Shown one piece after another: positions 27,346 through 42,464 of a stretch of DNA of 64,000 nucleotides. Source of the DNA: Geosiphon pyriformis uo1 (taxonomy: Eukaryota > Fungi > Glomeromycota); NCBI GenBank assembly GCA_016748015.1, contig JAAOMT010000282.1:1-64000 (forward strand), in the 5' to 3' direction. The position numbers and the translations under genes were made by a program. How positions within the stretch are numbered: the first letter of the stretch is position 1; each line of letters starts with the position of its first letter. The notes under the pieces are model-generated. The model made no database searches. It was not told the origin of the DNA and saw only the letters and a list, made by a program, of their open reading frames with translations.

Positions 27346-29954
27346 CAGCAATTTTAGTCAAACGGAAGAACCAAAGAAGATTTAAGGTAAATGAAGGAAT
27401 CAGAATATATTGATTTCATTCACGAAATTGCAGTTTCTACATTCTGAATAATAGCTAATTAACCTCTTCTAGATTTTGTTGTCATTAATTTAATAAATTA
27501 TACCTTTAGGAGGTAATCTTTAAACAAACAACGCAGTTTTAATGATTTATTGCTAAAAATAAATAAAGGGCGTTGCGTTTATTCGGATCCCTAATGTTTT
27601 TTTAATAAATCGATTACCAGAATGCGTGAATGCTAAAATAAAAAGGGCAATTGATTATCAGGGAAGCAAAAAATAAAGGTTCCTTTTAGAATTCTTTAAA
27701 AGGGATGAATGTTAATTAATATAAGAAAGTTGTTTGCCAATCATTTTGATCGTCTCTTTCCCACTCCTTCATTCATTTGTTTAGATCATAAGACAAAAGA
27801 GCTTTTGAATAGTTGCATCCAAGATTTTTGTCAAATTTTCTTAAAAATATAAAATAGATAAAATATCAATGTTTTCTTGATAGCAATGTTGTTAATGTGA
27901 ATTTATTCGACTTTTTCTACAAGTCAAAAAACCAAAACCTTTGAAGTTTTCGAACAAATAGAGATATCTAAATTTGTCATATTTTGGAAATAACTATTCA
28001 AAGGAACTGTTTTGTTTGATAAAATCCCGTTTAAGATTTAAAAGCCCAGAACTACTGTTTTAAAGTTTTATTTTTTAAGAGTTTTTAAATTTTCTAATTT
28101 CAAAAGCAAAAATTGATGGCAAACAATAATTTCCAAGAACAAAATGACGATTGCCAAGAATTTGAGCAACTTTTAGCATTCAATTGATCTTGTCAATTAT
28201 CGAATTAAACTTTAATTGAAGCTCATATTCGAACTTTAAACATGTTAATTAATTAGGCTGATTTGAAACTCAATAATCGAAAAATGGAGCATGCATTGAA
28301 TAAGGGGGCATATTTGTTATGGTTGATAAAAATAAGAGCCTGGGCTATTAAAATTTCTTGTGAAAAATTATATATTTAGAAATTTGCTTGGCATTGAATG
28401 AATAATCAATCTTATTATACTTGTCATAAACATGTGTAGTTTTTTGAATTTCCAAATCCAAGAGCTAAAGAATTTTTTTCAGGAGATGTAAATTTTAAAA
28501 TACGAGAGGAATATTTAGTAATAATAAAATTGTGAGACCAAATGACGAAAAGTAAACTTGAAATTTTACTTTGTTTTTTCTTTAAATAAATAAATAAATA
28601 AATAAATAGATTTTTAGAGACTTTTATCAAAATTTATTAATATCATTAACTTTATTTTTCTTGTTTTATATTTTTGGAAAATTCTTAAAAATTTAATTTT
28701 TTTTTTTAGTTTTTAAATTTTTTTGTAATAAAATCAGATATTTGGTCAAATTCATTCATTCAAAAAAACAAAATTCTGATTTTTAAAAGTTCAGTTTACC
28801 CTATCTGAAAAAAAAAAAAATTTTTTTTTAATTTATGACTTTTAATATTTGAAGTTCAAGAAAAGTTTTTAATGTGACATTCATTCTATTGAAAAAATTT
28901 AATGGAAATATTATCCATTATGCCTTAAATTGGGTTTTTGAATTAAACTAAAAAAAGACTTTTGGTTATAAATTGATGATCATACTCTAAATATAGCCAA
29001 AATAGTTTTTCCACTTGCTTTAATCGGGAAAAAATTTCATTTAATATTATTACGTTATATGAATTTTAAGTTAGTTTTTTAAAAAAAAGATACTCTTTTT
29101 TCTATGGAAATTACCATAAATAATCATGACCCAATCGTTTTCAGTAATCTTTTGAGAGGTTTTTTGTAAAATTTAAAAGATATTTTTGCTATTTTTGTGT
29201 CGGCTCATGATATGAAGTTTCAATAGAAACTTTTTCAAAATGGTTTGAAGACTGATATTTGTTTGTGTGTTTGAAATAAAAAATTGATTTTACAATTTAT
29301 ATATTGTATAAAAAAAAGAAATTTCTGGGGTCAAAGGAATTTTTTCAAATAGCAAATTATCTTTTGTTATCAAAAAGAAACCCCCTTACGTGTAGGGAAT
29401 AATTAGGAACAATCACTTTTTCTTTATATTTAGTCATTGTAAATATTATCAAGAAATTATGGTCACAATAAATTATTCTGGAAAATTTTATTGGCAAAAA
29501 GTGATTTATTTTTGTTGTTATATTAATTAATAATAAACTCTAATTACGTTATTTAATTATTAGAAGTTTCTTTTTGAAAACTTGTCTCTGCAGACAGTAA
29601 AAAAAAAAATTCATTGAAAAGAACAGTTGCGTTTGATTATCAATTCATTTTTATTTTCACTTTAATAATTATAATTGGCGACTTTTTTTAGCAATACATT
29701 TCCCCATTTAAAATAATTAGGAAAATTAATTCCGGACAAATTCTTTGGAAAAATTCTCCGGATAAAAAGATTTTCAGATACAATTGAAATTCTATTATTA
29801 GGGTTGAATTAAAATAGAGCCATTTACAACAGTGCCAATAAACTTTTTAAAGGGTCATTATTGCCTACTGGCTCGGCTAAATTATAAATATATTATTTCG
29901 TGATACATGTACACACTACCCCAAAAAAGAAATTCACTATTTGCATATGTGTGT

Positions 29955-30245
29955 GACCACTTTAAAAAATCAAGATATCAAGTTTTCTCACTTTTTTTAA
30001 CAAATAAACTTCATATTTGTTTACTTTTTACAATTCTCTAACATTATAATATTGTTATGTGTAACAAAATAACCCTCACTCATACATACACAGTTAAAAC
30101 GAAATTGACAAAAGGAAGATTCTCGCATAATAGAAAAAATTTATTAGTGTGCGTAAAGCCAAGAAAAAACGACATGCATAACTTCACTAATTTAGTTCAA
30201 AAATCTAGTTTGTCAACTGTACTGCAGATGTACTCTACCACTCAT
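29955..30245 (+). repeat. Dispersed repeat family B, copy 1 (similar to about 42465-42835)
   Basis: Shared colinear blocks aagatatcaagttttctca, aaataaactt, ataatattgtt, aaaaaattt..gtaaagc, tactctac. Boundaries approximate. Confidence 0.7.
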
Positions 30246-31295
30246 ATGTATCACAGCAAAAAAAATTTAAATCTTAGAAACACAATGATTATCCTCGTTT
30301 TAGGTAGTGTGAGAAAATAAAAATAAAAATGAAAATAAAAATAAAACCGGGTAAAAGTTATCTCCCTCTGATGAGATGATTGTGAAAATTGGTAAACAAT
30401 TACAATAACTAAGAGTTTAGGCGGCACACTGGAGAAAAATTTAATCCTAATCGCTTAGTCACTAATTTTAAAACTAGACTAAAATCTATAATTGTTCGGG
30501 AATATTTCGCTGGAGGATTAAAAGGACTATTAGTATTATCTGATTAATACCAAAAAAATGGTAAAAAAATAAATGTAAATACTTAACTTGAAAATCTTAA
30601 TAACCAATCAGTTTCCATTTCAAAACATAATTAACTTGTTAACTAGAAGCTACACAATTTTTCAGTAAAGATATCTCGCCCATTCATATTACGAGAAATA
30701 TAAAGAAATTATTAAATGGAAAATAAATCTACGACTTTCAACTGGCTGGCGAATTTGCCAAGCCTGAATTCTAAAATTGTGCTAAAAAAGGAATAGAAGA
30801 AATTGGATACGTCAATGTTGAAAACGATTGAAGTAGTAGTATTAAAGTCAAATGGGAAGGCTGACAAATTATTAATTAGATATAATTTTTTATTTAGTGT
30901 ATAAAATTATAAAAAATTAAGTTAACCAGAAAAGTATCAGAATTTTTGTGTCTAACTTTAAATCGGGGATTAATTTTGAGGGTACTGTATTATAAATAGG
31001 TTTTTCTACAACGTAATCAGTAAAATTTTTAATCGTCAATTTTGAAAAACAAGCAACGACTTTTTGATCACAAGTAACAAATAAAATTTATTTCTCAAGT
31101 TGTACAACTTTACAATAGACATTCCCGAGAAACTGCAGAAAACATTAATTTCATATAAACAATTAATAACTTTGTGTTTCATAAAAATCAAGTTTTCTTT
31201 TAAAATTTTCAAAAACTTGGGCTTAGTTTAAAATTTTTATCGGAGGCTCAAGATATTAATTAATGATTGTCCTTTCAGAAAAATTAGGATATTAA

Positions 31296-31297
<2 letters not shown>

Positions 31298-31340
<43 letters not shown>

Positions 31341-31362
31341 CATTATTATTATTATTATTATT
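31298..31362 (+). repeat. (TTA)n microsatellite
   Basis: Directly visible; similar tracts occur at about 13878-13909, 43268-43323, 49049-49143 and 51077-51120. Confidence 0.95.
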
Positions 31363-32815
31363 AAGTAAATAAAAAGGACTTGACTTCTTTAAGAACATAT
31401 TAAGAGTACAGATTACTTTAAAAAATATCTGTAAACTTTTTAAAAGATTATATTAAAAATATATTTCAATTGTTCCCGGTCAAAGAAATTTTTGTTGGTT
31501 TTTTAAAATGAATAGCTAGAAACTTTTATATTTTCTTAAATTTGAAAAATTTTCATTAAAATTCATGATTACTTTTAAAAATAATAATAATAATTTATTG
31601 AAAAATAAAAAAACTATTTTATAACATGAATTTTTACTTTGCCAAAAAATTTATGTTTGTTTAAGAATTCTTGTATTAAATTTTAAATGTAAAAATTTAT
31701 ATTAAAGAGTAATTATATATCTAATCACAATGGTACATATAAAAAAGTCTAAAGTATCTGAGTCATAATTTGTTTCAATATTATCAGAATTTTGAGAATT
31801 TAACTCTTGTCAATCAAGATTCCCAAGCAAATCTTTAGATTGGACAATAAAAAAAACAAATAATAATTAAGATAATTAATGATTTGAAGTAGTTAAAAAT
31901 TGGTACTTTAGGAAATTTGATCATCACGTTGCAAGGATTTTCAAAAAACTATCAGTTACACAAGTTTCCTTGTTATTAAGAGACATTATAAGTGGCTGTG
32001 TGCAAATCACAATTATCTATTTTTAACTTTTTTTTTTTTAAAGTTCTTTCTGGGGTTGAGGGGAGTAAAAAGTTTTTCAGAAAAATGAAAAATTTGGCGT
32101 CATATTATTAATTTTATTCTCATCCAAAATATGAAATTTAAAGAAATTTTCCTAGTTTTTTAACTTTTATTTTGAATTCCCTAGAAAAGTTTAAACACAT
32201 TTATTCTAATTATTCAAAGAACGAAATTTTTTATCTCCTTTAGTTAACTCTGCAAATTAAATATCTCTTATATGGACCCATTTGGAAAGTTGAAACTTTT
32301 CACAATTTATATCTCCAAATTATTGTAAACGTTTCTGTAAATTTTTTAATCCTTGGTTAATTTTTAAAATTGAGAAAGTCCTTTCCTAATCTGAGTTCTT
32401 TAAAAATAGCATTCTCATTTGAAAAATTTTCTTAATTGAAAAATTAATATTTCTCCTTGTAGAATTCCAAAGAGAATATTCGTTCAAGTTTTGATTTTCT
32501 TAAAAATTTTTCGGTAAAGTTACCATGGTAGGTCAGATTCTCAGCTTGTATTTTATAATGATAAATTTGTATTCTATCATGATAAATTTGTATTCGCAGA
32601 TCAATGTAGTACAATCACATTAGGGTATTTAGTTTTGCCAAGATTCTTATGGGAGTAATAATCAGAAAATTATAAAAACGCCCCAGGTATTTTTTTGATC
32701 CATTGTCTTGAAGAATATTCAAAATCTAAAGACAAGCAATTGCAGTTTTTAGAGTAAAAATTCTTTTTTCACTAGTAAAAATTCCACTTTGAAAACTTCT
32801 TTTAATAAATTAAAA

Positions 32816-33548
32816 ATGTTTCAAATCAAACAAGATTTCAATCACGATTCCAGTCAAAATAATGACAATTCAAATCTCCCCGAATGTTCACCGCAGTTCG
32901 TTCCCATCATCCAAATTCCATTCCCCCCAACTATTAGACCTGAAGAATGTATTAACATAAAGGAAGGTAAACTTCCATCAAAATCACCGAATGCTTTTAT
33001 CATTTATCGTCGTGCTTATCAAAAAGCAGTGCGAGAAAGTGGTCAAGTGATGAGATTAAGCAAGGTTTCTACAATGGCATCTGAAGCTTGGAAAAATGAA
33101 CTTGATTATGTTAAGAATGAGTATCGAAATTTAGCCACACAAGTTGGTATTTATTTGACTAACTTACGTGCAAGAGAATTAATCCAGAAAAATCAAATGC
33201 TCGATCTCTTGAAATCAGGAAATAAAACTTTTATTCACAATATTGAAAATCAACAAATTATTAAAGATTTGTCGTCGGTTGAAAAAAAACAGTCACTTTT
33301 ACAAGTTCCATGTCAAAACAATCACTCTTTATCCCCTTCGGACTCGGCTTATTATGGTAGTGATTTTGGTGATTTCGAATTTGAAAATAACAAAAATTTC
33401 GAATGCGATAAGAACATTCATTCCGATTTTTACCTCTTAAATTCACCAAGTCACTCCCCTTCTTTTCCCGCACCCTCAGAACAGAATCTTTGGGATCTCC
33501 AAAATAATTTTGAATTTGATTCTGTTGATTTTACTGAATTGAACAATT

Positions 33549-33593
<45 letters not shown>

Positions 33594-33871
33594 TAAATTA
33601 TCTGAACACTTCAATTGACTCATTTTATCAAGACTTTATTCAATTTTGTCAAGCAAATAACTTATCACCTGAGATAGACTTTCTTAATAATCCCTACCTT
33701 TCTTCGATAGGATTCTTTCCTGAACAGAATGAAAATATGCTGCTTGACCCTTATGCAAATATGAACTTTCAAATTTCCGAAAATTTAAATTATCAACCTC
33801 AAGAAAATGATGAAATTTTATATTCATCTATTTCTAATTATGCTACCATTTTGTCTCCTATGAATGAATAA
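32816..33871 (+). CDS. MATA_HMG-box transcription factor (351 aa, intronless)
   Basis: First ATG at 32816 (the track's start at 32789 is TTG). HMG box PSKSPNAFIIYRRAYQKAVRESGQVMRLSKVSTMASEAWKNELDYVKNEYRNLA preceded by PFPPTIRPEE. Acidic, aromatic, Asn-rich C-terminus resembles an activation domain and has a poly-N tract. Confidence 0.92.
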
Positions 33872-35159
33872 TTTTAGAATATTAGCGTCTCATTTTCTCA
33901 TTTTAAATGGAATTTAAGATAGATAGAATGTAAATATTAAAATTTCGTATTATATATATAAATTTTTAGCGTCTCTCTCACTGGCATTAGATAATTTATT
34001 AGTCATTAATAATTTTATATATAATCCTCAGAAAAATGTAAACCTTTTTTTTTATAAAAATTAAAGAGTTTATCTTCATTAAAAAAAAATTGATCATTTA
34101 GAATTATACAACTTATTTTTTATCATCAGAAAAATATTTAAATAATTATATAAATATTTTAATTTTGACACTAAAAATATATAAAAATTTCGTTTTTTTT
34201 TTTAATGTTTTTTGACAGAAATTGTAGTTCTCAAACTATTGGTTGTAATATTATTATACTCTCTAAATGATTTTTTTGAAGTTTTAGAACAATTGATTTT
34301 TAATTTAAAAGACTTGAAATTAACTATTAATTGCAACACAATTTTTTTCAAATTATCGTTTCCAAATGAAAATTTTGAATCATCATTTCAAGATTATTGC
34401 AAATTACAGTAAATAAGTTTTTTCGGTCCTTTATTAAAACATTAATTCATTTTTAAACATTAGAAAAATTCATTTATGCATAATATTATAATTTCCATAT
34501 TAGTTATTAAGTTTAATTATAATATATACTTTAATAATTTAATTTAAAATGAATAAGATTAGATCTTAAAATAATTAAAATCTTAATTTGAAGTTAATTG
34601 TATTATTAATATTACTTTATATATAAGAATAAAATGGCTGATAATATTCATAAAATTTTTGATTCTAACTTCAATGAAAAATAATAGCGAAATTGGGAAC
34701 ATCAGTTTCAAGTGTCAGATACTTGAATAAGAGAAGAGGCGATAAATAAAAAAAAAATTATGTTTTCTTTTTATGGCGAATTATCTCATTACCAAAATTG
34801 AAAAAGATTTTCTATTTTATTTTTATCTGCATAATATTTTTTTTATATACATCTTTTCCAAAGAATTCGAAAAAAGAACCTTTATTTTTCGCTACTCTGA
34901 TGATCAGTAGCTCTTCTTCATTAATCATTCGCCCAGTTTGTTAGGATATTCTGGTAATCAATAGAAATCTGAGTAAACAAAACGTTCTTCATTTATTTTT
35001 AGCAATAAATTCTTAAACTGCATTATTTGTTTTATTAAAATTAATCGCGGCAAGGATCTAAAAGAGGTGAAATTAGTTATGATTGATGAATCCTGAAACG
35101 ATAATCCAAGAATGTATAAGCTGCAATTTCGTGCTTTCTTTATTTGATCTTTCTATTGA

Positions 35160-35390
35160 ATACTGGTTTCAAAGGAATTTTAACTTCCTTCTTGATAAGT
35201 AACAAACAGCAGTTGATTCTTCCTAATTTAATTTATATTTTTAGATCTCAAAAAAAAAAAACTATAAATTTTTATACTATAAGGATTTACCAAATTAAAA
35301 ACTTAATTATTAACATGAAATATATTATTTTAAAAAGCCAAAAAAATATTGAAGCAATAAAAAAGCAATCCAATAATTTATGAATTAATA
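35160..35390 (+). repeat. Dispersed repeat family A, copy 2
   Basis: Colinear similarity with 27130-27345. Confidence 0.7.
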
Positions 35391-38300
35391 ACAATTCTAA
35401 TTTCAAGACATACAAACTTAAATTAATGAAAAATTCACATTTAAAAATAATTTTAGAAATCTAGGCCTTATTTCAATTAAAAATAATTAATCTTGAAATT
35501 TTTAGAGAAATCTGAACTTCATAAAAGAAATTTTTAAAAATGGAAAATGAAACGCTATTGTAACAAGGTAATTTTTAATGTTCAAAAAAAGGTAAATTTT
35601 GAATTTTAAACAAGTAGTTTTTTCAAAAGTCAATCATCTTTCGGCTTGTTACTCAAAGAACTTATTCAAGTACATGTTTAGAATGTTTTTGACCAAGAAG
35701 CCGGATTAAATACATTTGCAATTCGGGACGTTATTTAATCTTCAAAAATAAAACATAAATAGAATCGAAGAAGCTTTTATACCATAAAAAGTAAATTGAA
35801 AAAGGGATGAATGAAAAAAAAACTTTTAGATGCATTCACCCCGCATAAAATCACTTGATGATTTTCAAGTTCGTTCCCGAAAAAGGTTAGAATATTATTA
35901 AAAGCTACCAAGAACATTTTTACCGAAAAATTATATTGCTTATTCGCTCAATTAAGTTTTGAATAGATGTTAAAAATGTTTGGATAAATATATCAAATGT
36001 GGTATATTATGATGATGAATAATTCTTATTTTTATTAGTTTTTAAATGCAATCAAGAATAGTTTTCGATAAATTTACATTCAAATTTTCTAAATATTTAG
36101 ATTGAATGTTGGGGGAGTCTGATTATATTCTTAATTGATAAATTTTGTTTAAAATCTGTTGAGCGTAAAAGAAGGATTCTTAGAATACTCAACAAAATTT
36201 TCATGATAAATTAAATTCTGAATTAAAATTTTGCTCAGTAATTATTCAATAAATGGGTTTTGTGGAATTTTGAATTACAAAAAACTAACTTCTAGAAATC
36301 AAATTACCTTTTAATTTTGTTACGTGTTATTTAATTCACTTTAAAAATCGAATTGGTTGGAAAATTATATTATTAGATTCAAATCTCTGTAAAAATCTTT
36401 AAAATTTTTATTTTAAACTAATTGAATTTAACTTGAACTGCTTAACTTTTACTTGAATTGTTTAGAATTTCTTTTGAATTACCTGAAATCTCTTTTGAAA
36501 TACTTAAAATTCTATTAAAACTGTTTAAAACTTTTTATTGTTATATATTTTGGATTTTTGCATATAATTTATATGTAATATTTGTAAATTAAATTAATTT
36601 TGTTTAATATTATTTGCTAATAATAATAAACTAATTTTTTTTTGATTTTTTTAACATGTGTAATTTTATTACAATCTATTATAAAATAACAGAAAAGTGT
36701 CTTTAGAATAAATATGATTCATGTATTTTTTATATGTGATTAAACACAAGCTTAATTAAGCCTAAACTATATTGAATTTACCAAAACAAACTTACCTAAT
36801 ACAGTCATTTTATTCATAATTTCGATTAAACTTTTATTACCAAAAAAATTTTCAAAAATTGTTAATAATTTTTTTATTTATAAGAATTTTTTTATTTTAG
36901 CATCCAAAAAAGAAAAAATAACTACTAATCTAATAATTAAAGTAATTAAAATATTAATAAACTTAGCATAAAAATTAAGCAGAAAATAAGTTTAGTTAAA
37001 TTAAATTTCAAAGAAATTTTTCTAAAACTAATCACAAAAATTAGTACTAACAATAAAAAAAAATTCTAAAAATAACAGTTTTTACATATAAAATTACACC
37101 AGAAAACAATTTACAAATCTTTAAAATCAACTATAAATTTTTTAATAAAATAAAATTAACAATTAGAAGTTTTTTATCAAATATATCTTTTTTTTAAAGT
37201 ATTAGTTTTAATAATAACAACATTTAATTTTTATAAAACCAAAAGTAATAATAGCATATCTTAAACAAATATAATTTTGTATTTAAGAAAGCTTATTAAT
37301 TTTAAAAACAATACAATCAAATAAAAAATTTTGCTAAAAACACTTATAGTATTTTTAAAAAACAGAGAAAAAAATTCTTAAGTTTTTATTTAATTAGCTT
37401 AATTTTTAAGATTAAATAATTTAATAGGTAAAAATAAAAAAAGTTTTTTTGTCATTTGAGCAAATATAAAAAGAGTAATAGAAAAAAAAATAGCTTTATT
37501 ACTTGTAATTAAAAGTTTTAGAACTTTTTGTAATAATAGCAATTATATTAAGACTGGCCTTAATTATTTATTTAAAAAAAACTTTGAATAAAGAAAAACT
37601 TTTACTTAAAGCCAAAAATAGGACTTTAACAGCTGTTTTGATTTTATATTACTTAATATAACTATTTTAAAACTTGTAAAAATAATTCAAAATAAAAATT
37701 GCAATTATTTTACTTTTTGCTTTGAGTATAATCATAAAAATACAAAAGATAAAGAGATTTTTTAATAGTAATAATTAATTAATTAGATAACTAAATTAAA
37801 TACCATTACTATAAAAATTAACAATTAATTTAAAAAATGAAAATTATAAAAACTTGTTTTAATTTTTAAATATTATTTGTATATGTATTATATTTTTAAT
37901 TAATTTATCTTTTTTTTTAATTCAATATATTATAGAATTTTCAAAAATTATTTTTATATGAATTATTTTTTACTCAAATATTTTTCAATTAATTATTTTT
38001 GATCCTTTTATCAGTATATATTTTTTATATGATAAATATTATAAGTTGTTAATTTGTAAATTTTTTTATAATTTATACTTTTTATTAACTATTAATATTT
38101 AAATTTGTTTATATTTAAGGCCTTTATATAGTGTAATTTGAAGAATTGTATTCTGATTTGATTGAAAATATTCAAATATAAAATTAATAAAAGTTAAATT
38201 GTGAAAAATTTATAAGTTGGCAATTTACATTAAATCATGTTTATATATTGTAATGAATTTAAAAAATAAATTCTTAAAAAATTTTGAGAATATGAATTTA

Positions 38301-39413
38301 AAAATATGTTTCTTTAAATAAAGAATATTTTTTTTTACTTATAATTCCAAATATTGAAATAGATATCAGAAATATTCAAATGAGTTAATACTTAAAATTT
38401 TAATATTTTAGCATAATGATTTAATTTTATTATCATTTTTTTAGTTAAATTTTTAATAATAATATATATTTATAAATTCAAAATTATCATATATCTTTTT
38501 AATTAGATTATTAAGATATTTTTTAAATTAAAAATAACATTCCAAAACTGGCAATAAAACAAAATTAAGAATAAGCATAATTAAAATGAAAGAATAGTAA
38601 CTAAGTTTAATTAAATCAAAAGTTTTAATAATAAGAGAAGAATTATATATATAGATAATATAGAACTATTCTAGTTAGTCAAGGCATAAAGTTAAAAATT
38701 TGATTCAACCTTCAATATTTTAAATAAAGATAGAATTATTTTTTGCTAATTATTCCTAAAAGCTGATCCATAATAAAAACAAACATAAAAGATTAAATAA
38801 GTTCAAAATTATGCCCAACTAAAAAATTTATGTTCATCTTATTGCTATTTTTCAATCTAAATGAAACTACTAAAAATACCGATGTATTTAAGTGTCAACT
38901 AAGAAAATAATATATAATAGGCATAGCGGGTTTTGATAATAAATAAATTTGTTGAAAATAATGAAAATAATATTAGTTATATAAGATATTTGATTTGATC
39001 AAGCATGGAATTTTAAAATTACAAATTATGGAATATCCTCAATAAAAATATTGATATTACTCTCCTAGAAGATGAAATCTTCAAATCTTTTGGATATTGC
39101 GCCATTAAAAAATTCAGAGTAGAGTAAATAAGGTAGTGTTAAACCATAAAACATATTCATCATTTAAGCTAATCTCAGTAATTATGATGCGTGCTGCCAG
39201 TCGAGTGTTGAAACTCTAGAAAATAATACTGATTAAAGAAATATATAGGAATCAATTATTTTCGCCCTTTTTAAATTATAAATAAATTCAAAAGTTGAAA
39301 ATTAATTACCTTTTTAAATATAAAAATGTCATATCTTTCAGTTTTTTATAGTGAATGTGATATCAACTATGACACCTACCAGAATCAATATAATAGAAGC
39401 AATTGCAAAGCTA

Positions 39414-40549
39414 TTACCCTAAATGAACAAAAGTTATTAAATATTCAGTTAATTTACAAGTTAAAATAGAAATTGCCGTTAATATTACTGTAATTAAATT
39501 TGGCTTCGTTCTAAGGTTGACTAAAGAAATAGTATTAGATGTGACATCTTTAGAATTATCTGGGATTTTAAACCTTGATTTTGAGAAAGATTTCAGGTCA
39601 TCTTGGTTAAGGATACTTAAATCAGGAAATTCACTCCGATGTCTTAAATTATTTATCTTTGCTGCTTTTGAATAGAATTTACATGTTTCTTCCAGGTTTT
39701 TCATTGTTTCTCATCCATTTTCAGAGCACCACCCAAGAGTATATAATTCACTTGAGTTTCCTCGTTTGGCTGTTTTTGAATAAAGTTTAAATATATTTTC
39801 CAAATTTTCTGCAGTTCTCCACTTATTTCGATAACGGGTTCTAAGATTATTTTGTGGACTTAGATATCCTACTTTTTCGAAATTTTTTATTGTTTTTCAC
39901 CCAGGAATAAAAGAGTTTTACAAAGGTATTGTGCAATTAAACCGCCTGCCCCTGCTATTTTCAAAGAAGTTTAAATGCTTTTTCACCTTTATTATAATAA
40001 AGTACAAGACTTGTATTGTGCTAAGATATCTCCTATCTCTGCTGCTTTTGAAAGGAGTTCAAATGCTTTTTCCTCATTTTTTTTTTGTTCCCCTTCTATT
40101 TTATAACAATCTGCAAGAGCGCATTGTGCAAGGACATCTTCCACCTCTGCTGCTTTTAAAAAGAGTTCAAATGCTTTTACTTGATCTTTTGTGGCACCAA
40201 TTCTATTGCTCTAACAATAACCTAAAAAATATTACCCAAAAGCATCTTAATTTGCTATTTTTTGAAATTCTAAAAAGGCTTTTTTTAAATTAGGAATGTT
40301 TCCAATTCCATGATCAAAAAAAAACTGAGTAAACTATGATCTATTGAACACTTTGAACTTTTATTTTTCAAATAATTAAATAAGTCTTCAGGTGTTTTCT
40401 GATTGTGCACAAGATATTTTTACCAAGTCAGCAACTTTTGAATATTCACTAGCTGAAAAATTGGTCACACTTTCTTTGATGACAATTAATGTCCATTCAA
40501 GCCAGTTGAAGAGTAAAACTAGATTTTCAATTGATGGAGTTGAAAACAT
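39414..40549 (-). pseudogene. Pseudogenised paralogue of the Sel1-like repeat gene at 14813-15727
   Basis: Starts MFSTPSIENLVLLFNWLEWTLIVIKESVTNFSASEYSKVADLVK versus MSSTLSIQKKTAPLEWLEEVLIVIKKNLAIFSANEYSKVADLVK, then frameshifts and stops. SLR fragments recur down to about 39660. Upstream block ttgaagaaatctgaaacgt is shared by both copies. 3' end approximate. Confidence 0.88.
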
Positions 40550-42464
40550 GATTTTCAAGCATCTAAAAATGGATTATCAAACTTTGAATATTTTATATAA
40601 GTAGAGAAAGGTTTTTAAAGAGTTATTCTTGCTAAATATTTAAGCATTTCAACCTATAATTTCGTTAAATAACATTCTCAAAAAGGTTAAGTTTTGAAGA
40701 AATCTGAAACGTTAGAATATAAAAAAATAGATGCTTATTTTATAAAGGTAAACTTCCCTCATTTGCATTGATTAAATGGCAAAAAGGTGAAATATGCTTG
40801 TAATTGTCTTATTGCTATTTTTTAATTTAAATCAAAACCTAAAAGTTGAGTTATACTCTGATTGGTGTCAATGGTTCATAGTATATTCTTTAGCATTTTC
40901 TGCATGGATAATCTAGTTCTAAGATTGCAGATGGTCTTCTTTACCCTAGACGCTTCTTTTACTATTTGTATTTCATTGTGTGAATAAAACCAATTTAACT
41001 AGACTATAATTCAGAAACTAATTTATTAATTTATCATGGAAAAATTTTAAACCTTTAAATTTTAAAATTGTTATCTGTTTTAAACGTCTTTCACCTTGAT
41101 CAGTAGATGAGTATTACTTCTAATACATGCTTATCTACTAATCAAGATATCGATAGAAAATTAATAACATTTTGAACCATTTAGTTGAAATTTGAATATA
41201 TGAGATAAAATATATTTACAAAATTTAACCCAGAAAATCTTTGCCTTGATATTATGTATGATTAATTTTTAAAACCCAGCATAAAATTTGATGTATTATT
41301 ACATTATAAAATAAAAAACATTTTTGCTGTAATAAAACAACCAGTAAAATTTACTCGAAAAAAGAATGAAGTATATTGAAACTTAGAATGTAATTTTCAC
41401 CAAGTTTATTAACATTCAAGTTATGGAATATGAGAACAGATTGGTTCAAAATTTTTAATATTTTGATTTTGAAGTTTGAAAATTTCTTTTCATTTAAGAA
41501 TACCATAACGTTACGAGCAATTTCTTTTATAATTCATTTTGAAATAATAAATTCTGCTATCTCTTTATATGAAAAAGTTTAGAACTTTTATGTCAAAGTA
41601 TTTTAAATAAAAAGTTCTTCAATTGATTTTATTTCAGGTTTTAGGAATAAATCGATCCTTCCCAGTCAAACTCGGAATGATAATATAAAATTAATATGAA
41701 AAAAAAAACAGGAGGATCAATTATTATTTACAAAAAAATTAGTTGATACGAAGTAAAAGTTAGAAGAATTCAAAACAAAACATATTGGTTTCGTGAGGCT
41801 ATAAAAAGTATTAATTCTTGTTTTGTAAATTTATTATACTGAAAATCGTATTCAATGAAATAATATCTGTTCAAACCGCTTTGGTAAACCCTAATTCCAA
41901 GTCTATTCGAAAACTTTATGACTTTAATTTATAAATTTACATTAGTCAATGTATCAATTTTCTTAAAAATCTTAGATTTTTATACTTTTTTATTAATTCT
42001 TTAAATCTGGGATAAAAAATAACCAAATTTATTATGTCTAACTCAAAAAGGGATAAATTAAAAATTCAGTCTAGAACAATCTTCGTAATTAGACTAATCG
42101 CTTCAAACACATGTTAGATTAACTTTTTTCAATTAAAACGCCTAACATTTGATGGGATGATTCGTCTCAAGATTTGGTCAAACTAATTAAATAATTAAAG
42201 AAAAATTAACTAAATATTTTTAAAATTTCCAAATTAAATACCTTTTTTTAAAAATTTTTCGGCATTTTAATGTATAAAATAAAATATTTGACAAAATTTA
42301 TTTTAGAAAAACATTATGCTATTTATCCATTATGAAATTATATACATACTGAAATATGTTAAATTTTACAAACCTACTAATAAAATTAATCTTTCATTTC
42401 TCGGAAAATCTAAAAAGTTTTATCTACAGTACTCACAAAAACTAAAACGTAATTTGGATGTGTA

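Noticed and set aside
10008-33871. Classical MAT locus (Mucorales tptA-HMG-rnhA, or the homeodomain HD1/HD2 locus proposed for Rhizophagus)
   Set aside because: No triose-phosphate transporter, RNA helicase, homeodomain or STE3-like receptor gene is visible in the window, so the region cannot be called a MAT locus from this sequence alone.
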